Below, one piece after another: positions 39,025 to 51,741 of a DNA stretch of 64,000 nucleotides. The first letter of the stretch is position 1; each line of letters starts with the position of its first letter. Made by a program: the position numbers and the translations under genes. This DNA is from Paramecium tetraurelia (lineage: Eukaryota), in assembly GCA_000165425.1 (NCBI GenBank), contig CT868085.1, forward strand, positions 1-64,000, in the 5' to 3' direction. The notes under the pieces were generated by a model, which saw nothing but the letters and a program-made list of their open reading frames with translations, ran no database searches and was not told where the DNA came from.

Positions 39025-39524
39025 ATGGCTGAATAAACATAGGACAAACAGTTCAAAGGTGTTAAGAAGTTCACCTACAGAGGATTATAACTCGAAGAGC
39101 TTGTCAAATTGCCTATGGATAAGTTGGTTGAATAATTCAGAGCAAGATAAAGAAGAAGAATTTCTAATTAAGGTGAAAAAGTGCACGCCTTCTAAAATTT
39201 AATGAAGAAAGTAAGCAAGCTTTGTCTACATAATTATAGATTCGTAAATCAAAGAAAGAAACATTACCAGGAGAAAAACCCAAACCAGTCAAGACTCATT
39301 AAAGAAATACCATTGTAGTTCCAGAGATGGTTGGATCAATCGTTGGAGTATATAATGGCAGATAATTTAGCAATGTTGAAATAAAGTTTGATATGATCGG
39401 CAGGTATAAATAACTGCAAAACTATAATTATAGATATTTGGGTGAATTCTCTCTAACCTATAAACCAACAAGACATGGAAAACCAGGTGTTGGTGCTACA
39501 AAGGGATCCTAACATACAGATTGA
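39025..39524 (+). CDS. RPS15: 40S ribosomal protein S15 (uS19)
   Basis: [67 protein letters not shown]. Two introns. Confidence 0.97.
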
Positions 39525-39701
39525 TATATATTATATAAGTACAATAAAAAATGCAAACTTATTAATCCTTATTTAATATTACCAAAATATTATATAGGTA
39601 ATTAAACAAAATAATGTCTAAAATATAGATTATTATTTGATGTATTTGATGTGGAGGGCATTTCTAAAACAATCAAATAATTTAAGAAATTTATTTTATA
39701 A

Positions 39702-41446
39702 TCATCTCATTTCAGAAGCCATAGGAGATAAGTCCTAATTATCTTATGTGATTGGTCGATTATTGTGATTTCCATTGAGTTGGAAATTAATTTATTCTTA
39801 TACACCACTGATTGGAGTTTAATCAACTTTTGGCAAATAGATAATTTTTTTTGAAGAAGCCATTTTTATATGTCTATTAGTGCTTGAAAAGGTTTATTCT
39901 TCCTTCTCTTCCTTCTCTTGCAACTTCTATCTTTGAGGAATTCGATGGTATCTTTTATATAAGACGATTAGGGTTCCCATTAAAACTAGAAAAGATGCTA
40001 TAGAAATGACATAGAGTAGGATTATGAGTAAATAGGTATCTTTGCCTCCTCCGAATGCTTTAGGTTCTACAAATTATATTGTATATGTCTTGTTCAATTT
40101 GCAGACTTTGTTTTTAAGATTTGATTTGCAATATGTGGACTTTTGTTAGTACGTTAATTCAAATTCTTAGGTTGTAGAATCAGAGTAGCATTCAATATAC
40201 GATTATTACTAATGATATATCAAAAATTTAATACCAACTCAATTTTAGAAAAGAACAACTTATGTTAAGTGATTCCAACAATAATATTATGAGTATTTTT
40301 AATATTGTTTTTATGTGGTTTAAGATCTAAATTCAATGATAAGATATCTAATTGCTTCAGATTTGGTATCACTAATTGATTCATCCACTCAAATTAAGAA
40401 AAAGTGGAAGGAATTGAGTGAAACAAGATCTGATGTCCATTTCTACCTATAATAATGGCAAAAGTGTCAGTTAATTAGATGTCAATTATGTCTGTTTCTA
40501 AGTCGTGTTGCTTTATCAACTCATAACTATTTTTACTATAATCTATGCGAAATTCAAATAAGGTCTAATTTTATACTATCATTAGAATGTCTCCGTAAAC
40601 ATCTAAAATCTCTCCAGGTTATGGTATTTATCCCATATGAGCATTAAATTACAAAATTGCACTTCTGCCTACGTTATAAATGTATTAGCTAACTCCATAT
40701 TGTTCATCCAACAAATAGATGTAATAATTGTCATCTTTATTTTAATTGAATACCTTAATATCCTAGATTCTACCACCCATCTAAGAATCCAGAAATATTT
40801 CACTCAATTGATGATTGGCAAATTCAAACATCTTTATGCCAGTGTTCATTGCTACTATAATGAGATTGCCAGCTGTTGCTATGCTATTAATGTGTGAGAT
40901 TTGCCACTGTTCATACACTTTGTATTGTTTAATAAAGAGATCATCATCATCGAACTCTAAATCTAACGCAATAGTTTCTCCATCCCCTATAATCAAGACT
41001 GAATTTTAATCATAAAAGTATTCCATAAATACATTTGTTTAAAGTGATTATTGGTCAATACTTAACTGAAAAGTGGCTTGTTATTTAAATTTTGTGCCTT
41101 GAATTCTCAAAAAATATAATTCTCCGTCATCCCTCAACACAAGTATCCCACGTTTTATTTAGACAAATTTAAGAATTTTTCCTATTTTCCCCTTGTAAGA
41201 CCCATATTCAAAAACCTCACTAAAATTATCATCGCTATAACTATTTATAAGTGTTATGGAGTTATCATCAATGTTATTTGCTACTAATTGTTAAGGTATA
41301 ATTTTGCATAATTGCTATTCTGTGAGTTATTATTCAAGAATTATGCCTGATTAACTGAAAACATCCAAAACTGCTTCTTATCTAGTTAATATTTGTATCA
41401 GTTCACAATTTGTTAAAATGAAAAGTTAAAGAAAAATAAAGAGCAT
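39702..41446 (-). CDS. Type I membrane protein, unknown function
   Basis: Signal peptide MLFIFLQLFILTNC, long beta-rich ectodomain, TM LLIILLYVISIASFLVLMGTLIVLY followed by KR. Confidence 0.75.
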
Positions 41447-41786
41447 TGAATAAAAACTTATTTTTTTTAATATAATTTAATTATGATTTTGACCAAAAAA
41501 AGACTTGATATCTCTTCAATCTTAACTGTCTATATAACTTATTTACATTAATATTCACTCCTTCAAGAATATTAATAATTATAAGATCTTCCTCCGGTCT
41601 TAAAAATTAAATGCAAGGTTTTTCAGTATTAATTAAATCAATACTTTAGTTGAAATAAGAATCATTTGTTAACTAATAACTATTCAGTGATATTTTAAAA
41701 TAGACTCAACAAAAGATCAAAGTTATGATATAAAATGTTGAATTTAATGAGAATTGATTCAAATTTACAAACATTCAATATATTTA

Positions 41787-43254
41787 TCACATTTCATCAA
41801 TTTAGAGTACAATATTCTATTATTAATGCAAGTTCATTATTTTATCAATAATAATTTCAGCCTAAAACTCCCAATCCTTCCAAATTAGATTAACAAATTG
41901 TATGATGTCATAAACCAATGCTCCAATCACAATGCCTATCCACACTCCCTTAAGTCCAATATCAACCGTGTAACAAAGAAAATATCCAATTATTCCTCCC
42001 AATACTATATAGCAAAGGATAAATGTGATTGAAGTACTAGCTTCTCTTCCAATGGCCCTTACTAATCCTGAGATAATGGCTTAAAGTCCTTTGATTTTAT
42101 TCATATAATAATACCATCCAACATAATAAATGCCACTAAAAGATAAATGGAGTCTGAGATTTCTTCAATAACTATTTTGTCTTCGGTCAACAGTTGAATT
42201 ATAGTCTTCCCAAAGATCGAAAACAATCCTAAGGTTATTAATAGAAAGATTCCATCTATTAAAAAAGTAGCTTTGGTGTATTTCTTAGCCATATCTACTT
42301 TCTTTCTTCCCATTTCATTTCCCACAAATGTACCAGACGCTATTGAAATGCCATAACTGAATTGATACAATAGGCCTGCGAAATTAGACATCAACACATG
42401 TGCACTCACAGTTGAAGTGTTTAGATAACTAATCAAAATTACGTAAAAATCAAAGCTTATCCACTCCAACCATTAGATAGAACCTATAGATAGTGCTTAC
42501 TTTAAAAATTTCATTGTATTTTTTAAGTAGCTTAGTTTAAATTTAAATAAAGTAGCTTTACTGCATTTGGTTATGAAAATTAATGAAAATAGGATTATGT
42601 TATTCAATAGATCCAAACTAGTTAAACTTAATGCACAACCTACTATTCTCAACTCCTGTTTCACTACCAAAAAGTAACTGATGCCAACAAAAAGGATGCA
42701 TGTAACAAACTGAGTGTAGAATTGATATTTATAAATGTTCTAACCATTTAGAAATACTTTGGTGTTCACGAAGATAGCGTTCAAGTATACTGCTAATATC
42801 ATATATCTATTGAAATGTCCTGTTTCCTCTGCTAATTCTGTATTGCTAAAGTAAACCAGCACTTGTACTTATTGATATAAGCTATTATTTAGGTTGAGAA
42901 GATCAAGAATAGTGAAATAGGAATCATTAACAAGGTGCACAAAAACAACGATCTATAATACAACTTTGCACATAATTCATAATGATTTGCTCCGTAAGCT
43001 TGTGATACTAGGGTTTCCAATCCCGTGGCTAAACCATTTAAAATTCCCATTCCGAATGCTTGTGTTGTAAGAATGCCGAGTCCCAAGGCTCCTACCAATA
43101 AAGAGTCTTCCTTGAATTCTAGCAAATAAATAGTTATGGTAATTGGCAAATATTCTAATAGAAAACTCATTGCAGTTTGTAAGGAAGCTATCGTTAATTC
43201 TTTCATAACAGAACCTTATTGATAGAGCGGACGAATTAATTAAAGTTCGCTCAT
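41787..43254 (-). CDS. MATE-family efflux transporter
   Basis: GLATGLETLVSQAYGA, LEWISFD, GISIASGTFVGNEMG, LQAIISGLVRAIG, GLQGVWIG. Alternative start at 43206. Confidence 0.92.
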
Positions 43255-43264
43255 TTAAAAATTA

Positions 43265-44022
43265 ATGAAAAGAATTCTTAATCTTTATAAGTATTCTGTG
43301 CAATAAAGTCAGCAATTGATTTTGGTCGACTTTAATGACAAACTCTAAAGTATTTATTAATCTTTAATGTTTTTTAAGAACCCATGGATAAATGGCTAGC
43401 TCATTCAACGAATTATATTTTTAATCAACAATCCTACCCTCATAGAGCCTTTAGTTTATTTTTGTTTGATAAAAATTACAAATTACTCCTCTAACAACGT
43501 AGTGATGCTAAAAAGACATTTCCCTTATTGTGGACTAATACATGTTGCAGCCACTAATTGTATCACTAAAACGAAGAAGACAATGTCACGAAATACCGTC
43601 GCAGTGATTTTTACGTCAGAAAAAGAACCCTTGAAGAATTAAATTTTGATCTTAAGGACACACATATTGAATTGGTCTAAAAAATTATATATTCTGCTAA
43701 AGATAATGAAGAATTTGGAGAATATGAATGTTTTACTAATATTTATTTCTAGTGGATTATATTTATTTTGCAAACATCCAATAAGACTAACCAAAGATTA
43801 ATGGAAATCCAGAGGAGATTAAAGATTACAAGTGGTTATCCTTAGATGAGTTTAACCAATTTTCAAAACATAACAAAGTAAGTGTTTATTTAAAAAACAT
43901 AGAAATCATTTACTCCTTGGTTTAGCTTGATTAATCACTCACACCTTATAAATTGGTGGACCAAATTTAAATAGAATGACAAAAGTTTCATATAACCAGA
44001 AAAAATTGAGAAATTGAATTGA
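43265..44022 (+). CDS. IDI1: Isopentenyl-diphosphate delta-isomerase type 1
   Basis: LILVDFND, HRAFSLFLFD, LLQQRSDAKKTFP, WTNTCCSH, FGEYELDYI, NPEEI, FTPWF. Three introns. Confidence 0.93.
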
Positions 44023-44047
44023 ATAACAATTATATATATATTAATAA

Positions 44048-45661
44048 ATGAAATCAATAGAGTTTTCATTATAACCCTTATAATTGCAAACACACAGCAA
44101 TAATATTTTGGATAATTCTAAAATACTCTTTTTGTGAGGCAAATCCAAAGGATCCTCAAGGAAAAAAAGAGAAAATCCCTTTATTTTTTCATTTTAAATG
44201 GACTTGAAAATTGGTTGTTGCAAAACCAAAGGGTAAAAGGCCTTAACCATAAGAGTATATGAATTAATAATGTGGTGATTAACATTTGAAGTATTTCAGA
44301 TGAGGAGCATCATGCTTGGATAAGAATGGCAGAGAACTAAAAATGGTATGTTTGTGAGACTCAATCTCAAATGGTTTAATTACAAAAACAGTTAATGATA
44401 ATCTATCTAAAGTTGAGAGAAACCTAGGTATTATTCAAGGAGGATGGTAATTCAAAAGATTGAGCGGATTTGATGTTCCTTTCCTCAAAGAAGTTTAATG
44501 TTTGAATGATAAAATGGAAATATCTGCTAATTGTTATTGAAGATCTGATAGTGTATTACTTAATTGATTATTGGAGTCATTCATTGAAATGGTTCAAAAG
44601 TGATTATTAAGAATTCTAATTGAGTCTATAATCAAATGGCAACTGTAATATATTTAAATTTTCAAATGTAAATAAATTAAAGTCCAATACCATAAGAGAA
44701 ACTAAGTTTTCTTAACACTCTCTTAGACAAAGAGCTGGATATGCTCAAATGTAATAATGTCCCAAGTTATCTACAAAAAACATAACCTTCATCCTATTTC
44801 GAATAGGAATCAATTCAGCAATCTAGTATCAGAGCCTTGAGTAATAATCCTACCTCATAAACTAAACGTACAACTAATGGAGATTTGAACGAAATCCAAG
44901 ATAAAATCGTCACTATTGAAGCAAGAATTCAAAAAAATATTGAAAAGCAAATTCAACCAAATCAATTAGTGTAATAGTAAGAGTTTAAGGATTCAGATGA
45001 GGAAACACCTTTAAAGAATAAATACAATCACATTCAATCATCACACAAAAAACAGATAAAATTTACAGAACAAGAACAGTCAACTAAAACACTCAATAAA
45101 TCTTCATTTCATGAGGAGAGGAAGAACAAATTCCAATAATTAGAAAAGAATATTGAAAGTGCAGAGAACAAATTGTCTCAATCAAAAGCATAGAGAAAAT
45201 CTATGAGTCAAGTCAAATCGAAAAGCAAGGAAAAATCTTAGACATCACTACAAAGAGGCACTAGTAGTCAACAATAAGATGTCTAATCCTTGCAAATTAA
45301 ACTGTCATAACTAAGAAAATAATGGGAGGATGACAGGGCTTAATTAATTAAGGAGAAACAAAAGAATTAACAAATGCAACAATAATTAGATCAATTAAAC
45401 AAAAAATTAAAGAAGGCTTTATAATAAAATGAAAAATATAGTTAAATTGAATAAGAACAATAGAGATTACAGGAGAATTTTGAGAAAAGCGAATTTATCA
45501 GATAGTAATAAAAATAATTAATACAAACTTTAAAATTGGAAATTGAAGAATTAAAATCAAACAATAATAACAATAATAATAATAATAATACCAATAATAA
45601 TAAGAGTAAACAAAAAAAAAGAGGATTAGAAGACAATAGCAACAAATACTTAAATAAATGA
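44048..45661 (+). pseudogene. Coiled-coil protein gene with disrupted 5' half
   Basis: TGA at ~44135 and frame switches to ~44600. The 3' half is a long coiled-coil frame with an (AAT)n poly-Asn tract, ending at TGA 45661. Confidence 0.5.
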
Positions 45662-45670
45662 AATATTATG

Positions 45671-46238
45671 TCATAATTAAGATTATAATTTAGAATTAAG
45701 TCCATAATTATTACGATTAACACCAACCTTGTCTTCCCACATATATCCATCCATTGAATGTTTAGTCTAATAATCAAGACCTATAATTCTATTTTTATTC
45801 TTCAAATCAGGCGTGTATGCTGTTAAAACAATTGTTTCTCCTTCTTTGAATTCATATTTAGTTTCACCTCTATAGATAACAGTGATATCATCATCAAAAT
45901 TAGTAAGGATAAATTTCACATCAAGCGTGCCTCTTTTGATTTCTATAGTTCCTGGTTTTATGATGCCAGCAATTGAGTAATGTTGATTTTCCTTAATTTT
46001 GTCATTCTTCAGATAATCTTCAACAGGGAAAATCACTTATTTATCTACAAAAAAATGCGAAATAAATGTTGCACTAATCTAAATTCCTGCTAAAATACCT
46101 ATAGCTCTATAAATAGATCCTTTAAAAACTTCACTCTTTAGTTTATTGACTAGATAGAATGAATTTAGTACCTAGTGAGAAGGAATAAGCTATTTAAGGT
46201 CTGCTTAAAGTAAGAAATACTCTGCTTTTCGATATCAT
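45671..46238 (-). CDS. ccmE: CcmE-like heme chaperone (System I cytochrome c maturation), mitochondrion-targeted
   Basis: Basic presequence, hydrophobic anchor, then IAGIIKPGTI..LDVKFILTN..ITVIYRG..FKEGETIVL..QTKHSMDGY, colinear with CcmE GGMVxxGS/VxYxG/FREGQGVV/AKHDENY. Intron 46150-46171. Confidence 0.8.
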
Positions 46239-46438
46239 AATTAAAACTTAATTATGGTATATTAAATTTATTTAATGTTAATCATGATCTTCAAATAAAA
46301 ATTGGCAATAATTATAATGATAGAATGAATAAGAACTTTAGAATAAAATCATTGATTTGATACTCACGCCCACATAACTTATTTTATTTTAAAAATAATA
46401 AAAACTAATAAATTATATTGATTTTTAACACAATAAAT

Positions 46439-47134
46439 TCAACACTTACAACCTTATTCCTATTCTATTTTCTATGTGTCTAGTGTTCTTAATCTAGTAT
46501 CATTTTCAGGAGGTTGAGCATTAGTACGTTTCTAATCCACCAAATTCAAGATAATTTTGCCCAAATCCAAAAATAATTAATTGACATTATCTCCTGTTTT
46601 AGCAGATGTTTCCAAATAGTTGACACCCAAATCTTATGCAAACTCATTCCCATTCTTGGCCAGGATCTAGAATAATGCTGATTTACTTACAATTCTTTTA
46701 TTGAATAAATCAACTTTATTTGCTATTAAATAGCATGCCTCAGGAATCAAACCATGTTCTTCGATCACTAATTTAAGGAATTTCTTGGCATCTTCAAATG
46801 ATCTACAAATAATTAGATTGCATAGGTGTACCTCTCACATGTAACATCATAGACTGCAATACAACCATGCGCTCCCTTATAATGAGATTAAGTTAAAGCC
46901 TAAAAGCGCTCTTATCCAGCCGTGTCCCAAATCTGCATTTTAATACTAATAAGTGCGGATACTTATTTACGTCTTATCATGGATGGAAAGGGTCTTGATT
47001 CTAAAATCAACTCCCACTGTGGAAAGGTAACTATCATTAAAAACTTGATCTATAAATCTGGCCATAAGGGAAGACTTGCCTACGTTCTGGGATCCTATTA
47101 GGACAATCTTAAAGATGTAATCTACTTTTTACAT
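46439..47134 (-). CDS. Rab GTPase (divergent Rab1/8-like)
   Basis: IFKIVLIGSQNVGKS, TVGVDF, WDTAGQERF, ANKVD, ETSAK, C-terminal CKC. Three introns. Confidence 0.92.
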
Positions 47135-47160
47135 ATTGTATATATTAATTAATATAAAAT

Positions 47161-47593
47161 TCATAATTTAGTATGTGAATCTATGTATATTTTTAACTAA
47201 TGTGCAGGATCTACATCGACATATTTGCAGTGATCATTTCGACAATAATGACAATTGTACATCTTATTGGCGAGAGATTAAACTGCACAAACATGACAGA
47301 CGTAATTTGAACAGCAAGTTGTATGGAGCATACCTATAAAAATTGTGATTGCATTTTACAGTCGTAATATTTAAAACAGATTGGACAATAATATTTGCAG
47401 TTTCCTTATAGGGTATCACAAAACTAGATGCAATTAAATTCAATTTGAATACATTTGTTTTATTGAATTCTGTAATTATTTTAAGATTCTTGTCGAAGTA
47501 TAGTCCATCCTAACAAATTAAATTTAACTAATGAAGATTCCCTAATGAAGCATGTTTCCGATCCTTCTTCTTTTTTCCACAACAAACAAACAT
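47161..47593 (-). CDS. Small RING-finger protein with N-terminal Cys-Cys (possible lipidation)
   Basis: MFVCCGKKKK...CPICFKYY..TTCCSNYVCHVC..CHYCRN after removing two tiny introns. Confidence 0.8.
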
Positions 47594-47639
47594 CTAACGA
47601 TAATTTTAATTTAAATTAGTATTTTAATAAAAATTAAAT

Positions 47640-48700
47640 CATTGTAGATAACGAGTGATGATCTCCTTAATGTCTCTTGTTTTTAATGGCTTTCATAATA
47701 GACTGTAAATTTAGAATTTATTTTTTCATATGTCCACTTGCTGCAATAAGAATGGGCCTTATAGCTATCACATACTATTTAATCACTTTGGTGGTGATGA
47801 TGAAACAATCAATAATAGGCATTTCAATATCTAAGAGAATAACTCTAGAACATATATAATTCTTAATCCACTCATCTATCACTTTCAAGGCATTTTAACA
47901 GATACTTCTATATTCTATTTATTTCCTTTTTATTTAATAGCCTTATCAAACATTCAATATTAAATTGATTATCATAAAAAAGTAATAATTCTCTCTATCT
48001 AAACGCTTGATTTGAATAAATGCATTAGATTAGAGGCTAAATTTCAACATCAACTATTTTTGCCCAAATAATGATGGTGTCAAATTCAGTCTCATAAATC
48101 TATTTCGAATGAAAAAGAACTGTCATTGTAAAATCCTGAATCTATTAAATACCACCCTTCTTGGTTGACAGACACTTGCATATCATACTACTTATTAATA
48201 ATCCTAATCCAACACCTGATCTATTGAATAATTTGGTTTCATCATCCTCAAATCTACCAAATGCCTTGATCAAATATTTTCTATCCTTTCGAATTCCAAA
48301 GCCAGTATCTGATATTTTAATCTCCAAAGTTCCATCATTTGATCTCTAGCATTTACTGTTATATTACCCTTCAATGGTTAATTAGAATACTCTTCCAATT
48401 TAAATTAATCAATCCCTCTTTTATTCTTAAGTCGTTATTGAATAATTCTTTAAGAGCATTTTGATATTATTCCAATTTCAAAGCAGTCGAATTCTCTTTG
48501 CCTCTACTCGATATAAATCAAATATTTATGAAATTAAATTAAACATTCTTTAAAATAATTCCTTTTTGTACTGTCAACAATACCTAAAATATTTCAGTAA
48601 TGATTTATTCATGTTTTTTCTATTTCAATACAACTATCTACTCACAAAATGCTCAATATTACTTAATAATGCATGGGATTTATGCTTAAGTATGCAAATC
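47640..48700 (-). pseudogene. Hybrid histidine kinase remnant (HATPase + receiver)
   Basis: ISDTGFGI and GVGLGLLISSMIC (G1/G2 boxes), ILLDIEMP (receiver). Upstream frameshifts and TGAs; no intact HisKA or sensor part. Confidence 0.7.
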
Positions 48701-48751
48701 AAAATTAATGATTTTGCAATCCCACTAATTTGTTTAATATTCAGATTATTA

Positions 48752-51078
48752 ATGAGCAATGACCCAAGTGATCCAGAAGGTATGTATTACTACTTACTAC
48801 TTCCAATAAGATCTTTCAGATGATGACTTTGTGGATGAGAAGCCCCTTGAACCCAAGCCCTATAAAACAGATCATGAGGATGAAACAATTCAGGAAATCC
48901 AATCTTTCACAGTGAAAGACAGACCCTTCATTAGGATGCAATTTATTAAAAAGAGAAAGGAGTTTGGGTAAGTCTTTATAAAAAATATTTAGTTTGACAT
49001 TCAAATTCAGCGATTAGGAGACATCTGAGAGAACAGGAGAAATCAAGGCACTAGAAAAGGATCCACTACAACTTGTCAAAAATAAGGTCATTGAAATGGG
49101 CATTCAGGGATGCAATCCTTTTCAGGATGCCAGTTCTTAGACTGTCTGGAATAGAAAAATTAATAAAGCTTTGCAAGTAGACGAGGGAGATGAAAGACAA
49201 GAACAGCCAGACGAAGATTTTAAATTGCTTAAATTCTTGGAGACAGTTTATCCATTGATGGAAGAAGCATTGCAATCAAATGAAACCATTGACATCTATT
49301 AGGACGATTTCAATGTCTTGCCTCTCTCAGAACAAAATGGAGGTACCATAAATTCACACAACTAATTTAAGATTAAAATGCTGAACTTACTAATGTGATC
49401 AAAGAAATCAAAAGTTTCAGTTATCTAAATTGCAAAGGCAAAAAAATATAATGCATTCAATTCCAACCCACTAGTTAAGCAATCAAATCCAAGTATATTG
49501 TTGCAGAATCCTTTGTCGAAAACCTCCTCTTTGAAGAAAGAGCCATCTATCAATTGAAATCTCATAAATCACTCATAGTATTCTGGGATTTCGAAGACAT
49601 TCATTCAATTGAACCAGTGCTTCTACTGTAGTCTCCCCTTGAGATACTCTCTTTCGAATTCAATCCCAAGGATCCCAACATAATAGTTGGTGGCACTATC
49701 AATGGTTAAGTTATGTTATGGGATCTCAGCGGCACAGCACTCTCAGTTTTTGCATCCAAAAAAACCTAAAAAACTAAATAAGAACGAAGTATTCATCAAA
49801 TTCTCACTATTTTAAGATGAAATTTAAGAATTGCAACCTAAAATGGTATCAGCTCTTTAAGACCCAGCATCATATTAAGCTGGGTCATCTAATGAAGTCT
49901 TGAGAAAATAAGTTGCATCTCACAAGAATTTTGTATTGGGCTGTGAAATGGTTTCCGATTGGAATGGAATTTGATAAGAAGCATTTCAATCATCTTATAC
50001 TTACTTCCTCTTAAGAAACTTATCAATTTGCAAGTATTAGTTCTGATGGTTAAATTTTATTCTGGGACACTAGATTGATTGATAAAGACAGTAAAAAGAC
50101 ATAATAAGATGTATTCTTCATTTTCAAATATCAACTAGATTTCAACCATCCCGTGGAAGGCTACATATGGAATCTAATTGTATAGACCTGAAGGAGGAGG
50201 AATGATGGGCGGAGGATAAATTTAATTCAGAAAAAGTAATCTCTCAATTCATTTCAAATAGATTAAAAAATTCCCATTTTATCAGGCACATCAGATGAAG
50301 GTGAAGTCTTTATTTTAGATTGGGGAGAAAAACAAGGGGAAGAAGGACAAAAGAATTAATTGGTTTCAGCTATTTGGTAATAATAACGAAGTATGAGACC
50401 ACCTATTGCTTTGGATGTAAGTCCCTTCTTTGAGGATGTTCTATTAACATTACATGATTTCAATTTTTGTGTTTGGAAACACAATGTTACTTTCCCAATA
50501 TTTGAAAGCCTCATCATGAAAGGAGCCCACATTACTTGTGGTGGATTCTCTCCTTATCGTGCTGGTGTCATTATTGTTGGGAAAACTGATGGTAATTTGG
50601 ATGTTTGGGATATGTTGGATTAATCCCATAAATGGACAATTCAATTTTAAGTTGTTGCTTGTGCAATTACATCATTAAAATTCAATGACAATATGGCTCA
50701 TATTGTTGCTATTGGTGATTCTGATGGTACCTTGCATCTCCTTGAATTTCCATAAAGTTTGTGTAAAGATTAAGGGAATGAAATCAAGGCGATGAGATTA
50801 TTCTGGGATAGAGAAGTCAAAAGAGTAAATTACTATTCTGAGAGATTTAAAATAAGAGAATAATAAGCAAAATAACAAAATGAAAAGGAAATTCAAGCTT
50901 AACCAGTTAAAGAAACAAAGCAATCTGGCGATGTATATTTATGATTATTACAGAATAGACCAAAGTCTTAGATGAAATAGCAAACTTTGAAAATGAATAC
51001 TAAAAATTCAGAGATACTTTACTTGGCATTGGTCCCAAACCAGAAGATGATAAGGGTGATAAAAAAGGTAAGAAATGA
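48752..51078 (+). CDS. DNAI3: Inner-arm dynein intermediate chain WDR63/IC140-like; one apparent frameshift
   Basis: EALQSNETIDIYQDDF, LQSPLEILSFEFNPKDPNIIVGGTINGQVMLWD, SPFFEDVLL, FSPYRAGVI, FWDREVKRV. +1 G at ~49939. Confidence 0.85.
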
Positions 51079-51741
51079 ATAAAAATTACATTCAAAATTT
51101 ATAATTGTCAATAGTTATAATTATTTTTCTTTTTTAAATGATATCAATCTAAGAATTAGTTTTATCTAAGTTGATATATTTAATTTAAACACTCTCTATA
51201 ATTTGATCTAATATCAACATAGATGTATTCATCAATGATTTAGGTAATTGAATTATTTTATAAAAATATAGTGTGTTTAATATGATTGAGTAATTTGGCT
51301 CGTTTGTGAGAATGAGAAATGCTCAAGAATATAAAGTATACAATGAGGATCTTATGTGCATTATAAACATAATATTGATACTTAATAACATGTATTCATT
51401 GTTATTTAGTTAATTTTTATATTTATTCATATGTATATTGATGCAATTCAATGTCAAAGTCAAATAATTCATTCAAATGTTCTATTATAATTTTTAAAGA
51501 GTTATCTTTTTCATCATAATATGCTACTCCAATGATTGAATAGATTGAATCATTTACAATGGGTTAATGGTATGATAGTTGTATTTGCTTCTTGTTCTTG
51601 GATAAGATGTCTGTGCCTTAAATGGTTTGCCACTCTCCATAATTTTTGGGTTCGTGTTGATACAATTAAAGATAAATGGAAATATCACCTTGTTGTGTGT
51701 CGTCAAGAGTGATCCATTTATAAAGTTTTTATTTCATATAA

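Noticed and set aside
45442..45777. ORF-track poly-Leu minus-strand ORF
   Set aside because: Antisense reading of the (AAT)n poly-Asn tract.
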